NCBI GenBank assembly: GCA_012295275.1
Contig: CM022671.1
Coordinates: 35,650,001 to 35,714,000, forward strand
Reading direction: 5' to 3'
DNA length: 64,000 nt
From: Chrysomallon squamiferum
Lineage: Eukaryota; Animalia; Mollusca
Positions 1-12,010 of the stretch are shown here, in pieces; within the stretch, counting starts at the first letter, position 1; each line of letters opens with the position of its first letter. Below the pieces are notes generated by a model, which saw nothing but the letters and a program-made list of their open reading frames with translations, ran no database searches and was not told where the DNA came from. Made by a program: the position numbers and the translations under genes.

Positions 1-262
1 ATACGTATTATTTGGTGTATTTGTATGATCGTATTTGTTTATGTACATACTTCTTTCAGTATTTTTTTTATGTCTTTCTGTTTATACGTATTTCGTTCTG
101 TACGTGCGTATTTCTTTCTATTTATACATTTATATACAACTAACCTGAGAAAATGGTAGAGAGAGGCAAAATAATTAATTGTACAGATGAACACACAAAA
201 AATTCGAAATTAATGAATCTTACTTTTTTTTTTTTATTTTTTTTTTTTACTTTCATTTGTAG

Positions 263-3012
263 CTAATCATGAACAAGATAAATTTGTTTCTCTGTTTGAC
301 GACGACGACGACGATGTTGAAGTGAGAATGATGCAGTCAAAGAGACCGGAACCTCTCTCTTGTCCCTTTGTGATCAGTTCACCGGAATCGGAAATCACGT
401 GGTATAAAGATGGCGTCGCAATTCCCCCGTCCCAAAATCGCTTTGGAGAAACAGTTAAAGACGGTGAGTTGCTCATTCATGTATTCTATTTACTTTTTGC
501 TTTTATGTCATACAGTTATTTATTTTTGGCTTATTTTGAATTTATTTTTTTTTGAATTTGTTTTTATCAATTAAATTATTATTATTTTAATATCGGGACA
601 AGTACGTGAAAATGTGCATACATAAAAGAAACCAAGAGACAGAAGGAGATATATAAAAAATAAGTAAGTTAAATAGAGAAAACATGTATATATATATACA
701 TGAGTAGAGGATAGAGAGAGAGAGAAAGAAGACAGCGATACACAGTATTAACTAATCAAATTGGTGTATACGGGGGAAATTATTTAAACAATCACATTTT
801 ATGTGTAGAAAAACTACAGCTGGATTCTGGTATGATGAAACGTCTTGAACAAAGTCACGGCGGAGTTTTCAAAATGGCGATGCTGCAGGGAGTCTACTGG
901 TGTCAAATCTGGCTGAACGAAAGTTTCACTGCAGTCAAATCAAACAAATCTTTTGTTGTCTTTGATGGTATGTCCAAAAGTTTATATCGTTTTACGGTTG
1001 TTGTTTTTTATTATTATTTTTTCTTTTTTGTTTTTTTGTTTATTTTACGAATCAGGAACATGATTTATTTTCTTTCTTAAGCTATTCGAATAAATGATAA
1101 TAAATATTTTATAATGATGTTGTTAACAACCACATTGTTTGAAATCTTTTCCTCATTATTTTCTCTTTAAATAATTAACACAGACAGACAAACACACACT
1201 TACACACACACTCTTTAAATAATTAACACAGACAGACAAACACACACGTTATTTTTTTTACTGCAGATGTTGTTAGTCTATACGGCGTCGTTAAAACAAA
1301 AGGTATCTCACTGTACGACATCATCCTGCTCAACTACATGAACACCGTCACCGGCATACCACTGATAATTTCACATGGTATTGAATCCATCAACGACAAC
1401 GTCACCAGATCATTACAACAACAGTACCCTGCTTTGACTGAGATAGACAGTGTAGTTAAACGAATCGAGTAAGTCAGTTTACAAAATGCAATTTTAATCA
1501 TTTTACAACAAGTTAACATACATTTGCCCAAGCAAGGAGGCCGTTTGAAAACTAAATTGAGAATTCTATGTTGTATTTGTGTTATTTTAGACATGTTGCA
1601 ATATTGTTTTTATCTTTCTTGCAGACCTGATACACATGAGATAGTGTTTTACACGTACCTGACTCTGAAACAAGTGATTCCAGAAAACATGAAAACAAAA
1701 TTAATACAGTCTTACCTAAAGATGTTCCAGTCTGTTCTAAGTGTGAATGACTTCATGATCTCCCGAAAATGGAACGTAGAACAACCAGTTGTCAACAATA
1801 TAAACATCAGCAGAACAGGTATTTACCTATAAATATCATAATCATCATGATCATACACATCAATATTATCATGTTTTCAGTAACATAAACAATAGTACAT
1901 ATGTCATCATTACTTTGGGAAAACTTAACATCTTCATAGTATCCACTTGCGTGAGGCATCGTAATCAGTTCCTCTTAACAACGACAACAACAACATATAT
2001 GGGGTCAGAAAGAGTTTTATTATTATTTACCTTTACTAGATGTCTATTATTTTGTGTACATGAATTTACAGACTTCACTGTATGGTGTATTCTAAAATAC
2101 AGAATCTATAATTTATCGAAACTGTATATATACAAATTTTACTCTTTTTTTTAAATTTTAAATTTATTTACCTTTGCTAGGTGTCTATTATTTTGTTTTC
2201 ATGAATTTACTGACTTCACTTTATGGTATATTCTAAAATGCAGAATCCATTATTTATCGAAACTGTGTGATGTGTGTATATATCTATAGTTATATCTATC
2301 TGTCTACCTATAGATGCTTGTTCTCGAGCTGTGCTGACAGACGAAGTCACAGGTTACCGAGCTTGGTTTCCGGTCACGCGAGTAGGACAGAACACGTTCA
2401 GTGAGGAAACTTGTGGTAAATACACTGACGTCATGTTGTGTTACTGTTTAGCAAATGTTTTCACAAAATCTCATTCTTTATCAGTATCATATTAATAAAT
2501 ACGTTTTGCACGATATTTACAAACACTTGCTAGTCAAATATTAACGTCGTCATCTTTCGGAATGCGGGTAAATCGGTTCCATACGTTCGGGTAATGAAGT
2601 CACGACTGGGCTAATTCGATACGTTCAAGTTATGACGTCATGACTGGGCTTATTCGATACGTTCAAGTTATGACGTTACGACTGGACTTGTCCATCTGTG
2701 CCATTGTTTACAGCTGAACAACAGAGTATTCATAATAAGTACACACGCGCATCCACACAGACAGACATACACATTTAATTAACCTTTGGTAATAAAGAAA
2801 AATGGTCGGAACATTTTCTGCATATATTTAATTATGCTGAATTAATTACAACAATAGAGTATAGTTAAAAACACACCTAAAATATACGTTTATTAACTGT
2901 GTTATAAAGCGGTAGAAATGGCGGCGTTCAAAGGTTTTGAAACAGTACATATATTTCTTTTATTATCATGATTTGCTTGTTCGCCGAAAACAATAAAATA
3001 ATAACTTGGAAG

Positions 3013-3044
<32 letters not shown>

Positions 3045-4125
3045 CGCCATTAGACTATTCATTCATATAGTCACAACAACACTTTCAGCTATGTTTAAAA
3101 TGTACTTGATCAATTAATTAACTTCCCATACGACTTTATGGTAGATGGCGTTGATCATATTGGCTTTGCTGTCTGCAGTGGAGATTACCAGAATGGTGCA
3201 CACTGGGATTCCTGGAGTGTCACGTCAGAATGTCAACTGAAGGGCGTCAGTCCCACAATACCGAGCGAATTTCAAACAATACTTCCGGAGTTCTACGAGC
3301 TTCCAAAGAAATCCTTTGCTGACTTGGATGAGGTAATTTTTTATTTAATACATTTTTTGTGACACATGGACATTCTTTTAATAACAGTTGTCAGGTATTA
3401 ATTAACTGATTTCTCTGAAGAACTTTGAGGAGAGAGCAGTCGCAACATCTTGAAGCACACCTTGAACCACACCAGCGTAAAGAAGAACGACATCTGATCT
3501 CTTGTCACTGTCTGGAACGGGAAAATGTTATATGCAGAGTGAATCTGGTATACTGTGCCTTAGATAAAGGCAGAATCATTTTATTTTAATACTACGCAAT
3601 TCACATACAGCAAAGTAGATATGATTTCATATTCTTATTTTTCATATCTTTTTAATGTATACTGTTTATATTATATTATATTATATTATATTATATTATA
3701 TTATATTATATTATATTTTATTTATGTGTTTTGAATAGATGACAATCGACGATACTAATGTTGTGGAGGTGTCAGACAAATTGGCAGACATCTTGGAAAA
3801 AACTAACGAGCTGACAGGAGCAGATATTGACGTATGTGCGCACGTCATTGAACGTATTGTCGCAGTGAACCCGAGGTCGGATCAGGTACGTCATTTAGCT
3901 TCTTCTTCTTTTTTTCGTCTATTTAATAATTCATCGGCTTTTTTCAAATGGATTTTAATGTTCATTACAGACTTTTTTAGACTAAATACAGACTATGAAT
4001 TATATATTTTCAAAATTCTGTTACATCTTGAGTTAAATATTCGGTTCTAATAAGGTATTCTTTTTTATTTTCCTTTTTTACTTTTTCTTTCTTTCTTTCT
4101 TTCTTTTCTTCTTCTTCTTCTTCTT

Positions 4126-4156
<31 letters not shown>

Positions 4157-5633
4157 TTATTATTATTATTATTATTAATATGTTAAATTTAATTTGTGAT
4201 TTTCATTAATAGATGACATTTTATTCATTCACTGATATGTTTTTAACAAGATATATCTTAAGAACATTTCAATGAATGAATAGAATGTTTCATCCATTTT
4301 TTAAAATTAACAAAATAAATATATGATTTACCACCACTGATTGACGTACTAGTATTTACTCAATAAAATCAACAGGTTGGAGTTCCCCTGGTTTCCTCTG
4401 TCAACAAGATTCTGGACGTGGGAGGGGACGCCATTGAGAAGGCGGAGAGAAACACGAAGGCAGCGAGCTCGATTATCGGCACGATGGAAAGATTCGCCAT
4501 GAACTCGAAACTCGGAAATCCGGGCTATTTTCGTATCGTTTCTCCAAACATCGCAGTAGAAATGTGGGATCTTCAGCAAGGGATGAGACCCGTCATAGGA
4601 CTGGGGGCGTCTGTGTCTAACGACTGGAGCACCCCCTTGACCACACCTCGCATCCGCACCATAGTGGACCGTTCTGATGACATGTTCTTAGCCTTTGATG
4701 TGGCGATAGAGTTACCTGTAAAACTCGTACAAGACGAAATTACAGGTGAGTAGCAAGTAATGTGATTAATTGTTTATATACCTGAAGAAAAACAACATAC
4801 ATAAACACGTAAATAAATAAATAAGTAAGAAAATAAAAATAAAAATGAAATGAAATAGAATAGAATAGAATAGAATAGAATAGAATAGAATAGAATAGAA
4901 TGGAATAGAATGGAAGAGAACATTATAATAAATGAATCAACTAAAAAGTATAGACATCAGGAAAACAGATGCAAACAAACCACTAACAAGTATTTTGTTA
5001 AAATTACAACAGCAACTATTACTACTGCTACTATTACTGGTATACCTACGTCTACTATTACTACTACCGCCACTACTAATATAACAAGACAACAACAAAA
5101 CAAAACAAAAAAAAAAAAAAAAAAAAAAAAAGAAAATAAAAGCTAAATTAAAATAACCAACATCTTATATGTAACATGAACGCTAATGCTATCTCCCCAA
5201 GCACTCAATTTAAACTGATTTGTTGTTCACTTATTAAAAAAGTAAACGTAAATAAATAAATAAATGAATGTTGTTGTTTTTTCAGCTAACACAAACAGCA
5301 CTCGCCTGTCCATGGTGATATACAGAAAAGTGAGTCTGTTCACTTCAACTATACCTATGTCCAACGTCAGCCAAGATGTCATCAACAGTGCCGTCATAGC
5401 TGCTAGCCTGGGCGGCAAGAAGATAGAAGGTCTAAAAGACAAAGTCCGCATGATTTTCAGACCTTTCAAAGTATGTTATTTATCTTTTGATTTTTTCTTT
5501 TCTTTTTTTTTATTATTTATTTATTTATTTTTTTTTTTTTATTATTATTTAGTTTGCTTTTGATACTGTTGTTGTTTTAATCACTGAGGTTTTGGAGGTG
5601 TTACTGTTTATTTTATTTTATTTTATTATTATA

Positions 5634-5672
<39 letters not shown>

Positions 5673-7571
5673 TTAAATTTTCATAATCAAATATTATTAT
5701 TACTGTTTTGTTTTATTTTTGTTATTATTATTATTATTGTTATTGTTATTGTTGTTATTATTGTTATTATTGTTATTGTTATTGTTGTTGTTATTATTTC
5801 AGAAGAGGAATCGTCATCTACACAGGACTAAGTGTGTGTTCTGGGACTACTCTAGAGGGGGGTGGTCGGGTAAGGGGTGTTTCTACAACGGAAGCAAACA
5901 CGGAAAGGAAATCTGCGTCTGCGATCATCTCACAAACTTCGCCATTCTTCTGGTGAGTTCACAGCGTCATCATCATCATCATCGTCGTCGTCGTCGTCAT
6001 CACATACAGAAATCAATAACTAATTATATCCACTATTAAAGCAATTATTATTACTTCTGCTATTACTAATCTGTATATGTGTCTGTCTTTCTGTCTGCAT
6101 GTTTTTATTGCTCTGTTTTTTTTTTTTTTGTATCTTAGCCTTTTTTTTCTCTTTTTTCTTCTTTCTTTCTTTCTTTCTTTTTTCTTTTTGTCTCTTTTCC
6201 CCCCTTCTATCTGTTTGTATGTATTTCTGAGTGTATTTACGTTCAGACAGATTTAAATGTTATTTCTTTACAGGATTTCTATGGTAACCGGATGCCAATA
6301 GCTCCTGAACACGAGTTGTCTCTGAGTATCATCACGCTGGTGGGACTTAGTTTGTCGATCCTGGGACTTTCTTTAACTATCGTCAGTTTCATCTTCTTCA
6401 AGTAAGTCTTAAATACCTTCCCCCAGAAGAGTATCTATTTTACAATAGAAATATATTCAAATTATGTCTGTGATAGTGAGAATAAACAGCCAAAATATTT
6501 TGAATTTATTTAATGTAAATGTTGTTGTTGTTTTGTTTTTACCTAGAAACCAACCTTTATTATTAATTAAGTATGAAAATAGTATAACAGGATTCCATTT
6601 CATTTTCATTTTTGTGTTGGACTTACATGTAATTAGAAATAAACCTAAACTTTGCTAATAATTAAGTCACGGTTGCTTGTCGTTTTGGGAGTACATTTAG
6701 GAGTTTGATCAGCTCCATCTCATCTAGGCTATACTTTAATAAAAACTGACAATTAAAAATGTTACAAATCGTATTTATCCTTAAACATTTAATAAACATA
6801 TAAATAAATAAATCTTATTTTCTTTAATGACAGGAAGTTACGTAAAGGCCGCGCCCAGCTGACTCTATTCAACATGGCGCTTGCCCTGGTTGCCGCGAAT
6901 CTGGTGTTTCTGATTGGAATCAAGCAGACGTCAAACTACGTCGTCTGCCTTCTCGTGTCCATTCTCTTACATTACCTCATCCTCGTCGCTTTCATGTGGA
7001 TGTTGATTGAGGCAGTGTTGCAATATTTCACGTTCGTCAAAGTCCTCGGGTCTTATATCTCTAGATACTCTACTAAGACGTTAATATCTGCCTGGGGTAA
7101 GCAGATTAACTGTAATAATATTTAATTTTATTGTGAATTATATATTACTATGAATATGCGCCTGGGGTAAGCACTTTGTTTTCTGAATATGTTTAGTGTG
7201 ACTCATATATTATTAGTTTTATATGATCCACAATAAATAAATGTTTATATACACATAAATAAAAGGTTTGTTTATGTTACCATTCAAAAAAGAAAATATT
7301 ATCTTCTTATGTGATATTTATATAAATTAGTTTTTGTGTTTTCAGGTTTGCCGCTTATTCCAGTGACAATTCTGTTATCTGTAGACTACGATTTATACCG
7401 CGGCAGACGAAATTAGTGAGTATCATCACAGTATAAAAAATATTTAACTTTTTTACTTTATTATTATGTAACCTTTATTAACTGACTATTTCTGATTATG
7501 TCCTATTATACCATATTTTACACTGTAATAGCACACATATCTTTTATATCCTTGCTTTCCTCTCTTCTCTT

Positions 7572-7659
<88 letters not shown>

Positions 7660-8652
7660 GTTTTAGATAATAAAACTATGTTTATAATTTGAATATTTTC
7701 AGTTGTTGGTTGGATCTTGAAGCTTTCTATTTCGCTTTCGCCCTGCCTGTTGGCATCATCATCACCATCAACATCGTCATGTTCGTGGTGGTCCTCGTCA
7801 GCATCATCAGGAGACCCGACGGACTCAGAAACAACCAATCAAAACATAAGAGAGCCTCAACCAATCTGAAAGCAGCTATAACAGTTTTTGTTCTTCTAGG
7901 TACGTACATCTGTTAGTCTATTTCTCGTTCCAGGCAATACTCCGAGTCTGCGCTAGTTAATAATACACAGTCACGAATAAACGTAAAGCACGAAATGTGT
8001 ATTCCTGTTTAATGGAAGGTGCAATTAGAAGATTTATTTTGCTAATCAGTAAATATAGTTCATGCAACGGAATTAGTGGCTTTTTTCCCCACATATTGTG
8101 AAAAAGCATAATTGTTATTCTGATATTGTAAACAAATGTTCAGTGATTAAACTGAAGTATTTGTTGTGATTTCTCTTTTCAGGACTCACTTGGGCGTTTG
8201 GGTATCTCGCCATCGATGACGCGCGACTCATATTCCAGTACATCTTCACCTCTCTCAGTTCTCTTCAAGGCTTCTTTATCTTCGTACTCATGGTTGCTAG
8301 GCGACCGAAGGTTCGCGAGCAGTGGCGAGCCGTCTGCTGCAAGACGTCAGAGAAAGACGGACGCACAAAGACTATGTCACCTACAATGAGCAACTCTGCG
8401 TCATCGCGAGGTTCTGACGCGTCATCGCGCAGTTCTGACGCTGGAACGCGCGGGAAAGGCAGCACGCGGACTCTCGTGGGATCGATCTCCGTCAGTTCCA
8501 CGTGCAGCAGCGGCAGTTGTTTCGCTGCCAACAGCTTCGTGAATCGAGCGTTTAACGACGGCTTCGACTCTGTGTACAACGTACATTCGCGCAGAAACAG
8601 TGCGCCGTATGCAAATTTACAAAACAAGCCTTGTGATTCATTTAAGAAATAA
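263..8652 (+). CDS. Adhesion G protein-coupled receptor (Ig-like/SEA-like/HRM/GAIN-GPS/7TM), 5'-truncated by window start
   Basis: Phase-consistent GT-AG exons: 263-463, 809-967, 1267-1468, 1625-1818, 2314-2415, 3145-3332, 3739-3885, 4376-4745, 5286-5470, 5803-5952, 6274-6401, 6834-7096, 7346-7415, 7703-7899, 8183-8652 (TAA). Ig-like C..ITWYKDG..QGVYWC; HRM-like C..WFPVTRVG..C..C..W..C; GPS motif CVFWD..GGWSGKGC..CVCDHL|TNFAILL; secretin-family 7TM motifs HYLILVAFMWMLIEA, AWGLP, YCWL, LLGLTWAFG, SLQGFFIF. Confidence 0.93.
1163..1247. repeat. Short intronic tandem duplication (~48-bp period)
   Basis: ctctttaaataattaacacagacagacaaacacacac occurs at 1163 and 1211. Confidence 0.8.
2022..2265. 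repeat. Diverged intronic direct duplication (~100 bp, ~141-bp period)
   Basis: tatttacctttRctagRtgtctattattttg...ttatcgaaactgt is present twice with scattered substitutions. Confidence 0.8.
2581..2690. repeat. 38-bp minisatellite, ~3 copies
   Basis: atacgttcaagttatgacgtcatgactgggcttattcg-type unit starting at 2581, 2619 and 2657. Confidence 0.8.
7575..7657. repeat. (TC)n microsatellite
   Basis: Uninterrupted TC run in the intron upstream of adhesion-GPCR exon 7703. Confidence 0.95.
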
Positions 8653-9084
8653 TTTCCTTTTGTTGTTGTGTATATATGTGTATATATATATATATATATT
8701 TAAAGGTGGTTTTTGTTGTTTTTTTTCTCTATATATTTAAAGATGTATTGTTTTCTTGTATATATTTAAATATATTATTTTTTATGTATATATTTTAAAA
8801 ATATTTTGTGTATATATTTAAAATGTTGTTTATTTGTGTGCATATATCGAAAGATTTGGTTATCTGAACAGCTTTTAAAAAAGCTTTTTTTGTAAATATA
8901 TTCAATATTTTTTTTTTTTTTATGTATATATTTAAAGATTTTTTTTATTGTACAGGTCTAACTTTATAAATGTGATATTTGTTATGTATATATTATGTAT
9001 ATTAAATACAACTCTTTACAGAGATGGCCTTACTTGTATCGATTTTACAGAAATTTTTAAAGCTTCATTAAAATTGTTTAACAC

Positions 9085-9665
9085 AATACAATGTTAAGAT
9101 GTGTATTTTCATTAAAATGTTGTGTATTCTGAAAATGCTGTTTTAATGTCGTGCTCCCCACATACACCGACACAGGCAATGTTAAGATGTGTATTTAGAA
9201 AATACGGCTGTTTTAATGTCGTGCTCCCACATACACCGACACAGGCAATGTTAAGATGTGTATTTAGAAAATACGGCTGTTTTAATGTCGTGCTCCCACA
9301 TACACCGACACAGGCAATGTTAAGATGTGTATTTAGAAAATACGGCTGTTTTAATGTCGTTAAGATGTGTATTTGATGTTTTAATGTCGACACCGACACA
9401 GGCAATGTTAAGATGTGTATTTAGAAAAACGGCTGTTTTAATGTCGTGCTCCCACATACACCGACACAGGCAGCTGTTTTAATGTCGTGCTCCCCTGACA
9501 CAGGCAATGTTAAGATGTGTTTTAGAAAATACGGCTGTTTTAATGTCGTGCTCCCACATACACCGACACAGGCAATGTTAAGATGTGTATTTTACACTGT
9601 TTTAATGTCTTTCACAGGACAATGTTAAGATGTGTATTTAGAAAATACCACAGTATTTAGAAAAT
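9085..9665. repeat. 69-bp minisatellite array (~7-8 full and partial copies)
   Basis: Unit gctgttttaatgtcgtgctcccacatacaccgacacaggcaatgttaagatgtgtatttagaaaatacg at 9137, 9207, 9276 and 9345, followed by internally deleted variants. No unique spacers. Confidence 0.93.
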
Positions 9666-10599
9666 TTGTACTTTTCTGGTTACTCGCTAACTTCATTTAC
9701 ACAGACTTTCACTGACACTTCAGTACATACCACAGTCTTTGATATGGATTGTTGGCTGAAAGGTAAACCAGTTATCCATGGAGATGATGTGTTAATGTGC
9801 ATCCAAGTAAGACTTTCATCACTAAAATGGTTAATCTGAATCTTCACGAGTTTACGAATTTGCTGGTTGGTGTCTAAGTGTGTGTGTACGTATATTTTTA
9901 ATATGGTCAATAGAAAGACAAGCTGGCTAGGCCATAATATAAATCGAGAAATCTGGTTACTAACGAAAAATAGATAAATATAAGTAATTTATAAATATAT
10001 ATACGTAAGGAATTTATAAATAAATGATTGAATAAGTATGATTAATAATAACAGTAATAACAATAACAACAACAATAATAATAATAATATTAATGATAAT
10101 AAAAGCTAAACTGTTGAGGGGAGTATCAGCTGGCAGTACTCAATGAATGAGTCAGACAGCAGAACAGAAAAATGTTTTAACAGCACAATTTCGGATACAA
10201 CCAGTTGTGACACTGTATTGTTAGAACAAACTCAGCCGAGTAAAATGTACCACACCTTTGTGTACACACCCTCGTCAGTTTCACGACGTAGTCAGGACTT
10301 TTTGAACTCGATTTGGCTGTTACTATCAAACTGTTAACGCATTCTCTTCTATTTATCCCATTTGAAAATGAAAAATAAAACTCCTATTAATTTTGCTAGC
10401 TGGCGTGTTTCAAACATAACAACACAAAATACGATCACGTTCTCTCGTATGATCTTGGGTTTATGTAAATAAAACGTACACACCTCACATTTCAGGGGAG
10501 ATAATGATCAAACGATATCAGGATATCAATTGACGGGTACACTGACAAATGATTTATAAAAGCGTGTGTTTGACACTGAAACATTCCTTATCGGTTCTT

Positions 10600-10692
10600 T
10601 CCGATAAAGAGTTAATTTATTCAAAACGTCATCGTATGACACTGTCGAACTCTTGATGTCTTCACTCTAAATGTAGAAGAAATGACAAATAT
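10600..10692 (-). other. Candidate non-coding 3' UTR exon of the SH3b-like gene
   Basis: GTAAGT donor 4 nt after the TGA (11185-11180); acceptor tttttctattcag ending at 10693; AATAAA on the minus strand at 10621-10616. Confidence 0.45.
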
Positions 10693-11189
10693 CTGAATAG
10701 AAAAATACACCGGACTGTAGAAAAATGTTTTTAAAAAGTTTAAAAAAAAAGAAATGAAAATAAAAAGTAAGTTGGCTTGATTATATGTTGACTCCATTTT
10801 AACGAAAAAGTGATTGTCGTATTGCCGTTGGTCCGGGAGTATCAGAAATCTGAAAAATCGAAAAGAAAATATTATTCCAAATTATGAGGAAAACAGTGTG
10901 TGTGTATGTGTATGCAATCGTGCGTGTGCATGTGTGTGTGTTTATATATTTATAATATTATCAACTTTTACACAGTAAGCTCGAAAACAAATAGAATGAG
11001 TTAGATATCACGTTCTTTCTCTTTTTTATGAACTAGTACATACATGAGCAAGCAATCTCTAAAAAAGACAGTTACGGCATCAAAGCAAATTACAGTTTAA
11101 AAATACTTCGAAAGTATAATACCTAACTACAATGCTGATATTAGATGGTAAGTATACACTATAATTCTAGCGTGTTTTTACTTACACAG

Positions 11190-11949
11190 TCAACACAGAG
11201 TAGATGAATTGGCAACTTTGAGAAAACGACCTGATGTCCATAATGTCTGTTGTTTTATTTCCTGCAGTATAAAAGTATTTAAAACTGTGTAGTTGATTAA
11301 CCGTATATGCATATGTAAGTGTATATAGTATATAAATAAACAGGCAACCGGAAAGAGAAACAGCCGTATATATGATATATACTTACAATTTACAAATACA
11401 CACATGCATGCACACAATCATACATACATGCATATACACACACACGTACACACGTACATACATATACACACACATATACGCACCTAAATTCATACACACA
11501 CATACATAGATACACAAGCACATACAAACAAACTCATATATATTCACACATACATACATACATAAACTGGACGATAAAGAACAGCACGTTGTTAAACAAG
11601 GAAGCAGTTCTAAGATTTATACATCCGGATACGTTTTCTAAATGCAAACTTTACACAGATTTAAATTATACACTGATTATATGAATAGATGACCTAAATT
11701 CTTTCTGAGTATTTTCCAGTGAGTGTTTCAATTATTTTATGCTCGAGTTCTAATCTTAGTGTAAACAAAACAATCTAAAATAGATTTAGATCCGCTCTCT
11801 CTCTGTGTGAACAGCCAAACCTTAGCTAACAGTGAAGTATGTCATTAATACAATAAACAGGTAAGAAAGAAGAATTGTGCAATCTCCGTTTCTGAAACTT
11901 TGATTTCGTACAAGAAAATGAACAAGTAAAAAACAAACATAATAAAAGG

Positions 11950-12010
<61 letters not shown>

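Noticed and set aside
3410-3560. Possible second Penelope-like RT trace (FEERAVATS)
   Set aside because: Too short and degenerate to support.
5592-5802. Poly-Leu, poly-Ile and Cys-Tyr ORFs
   Set aside because: Translations of an (ATT/GTT)n intronic microsatellite; only 5803-5952 is a real exon.
8265-8627. 120-aa antisense ORF over the last GPCR exon
   Set aside because: A shadow ORF of a GC-rich coding exon, with no independent motif or splice signals.
9085-9665. CRISPR-like array or repeat-protein ORFs (9112-9405, 9122-9376)
   Set aside because: Head-to-tail 69-bp units with no unique spacers and no cas genes, in a eukaryotic context. The ORFs arise because the unit length is a multiple of 3.
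11186-11192. Selenocysteine or read-through at the TGA following Cys in the SH3b gene
   Set aside because: No SECIS-like element recognised, and read-through into the candidate next exon adds only a few residues before TAG.
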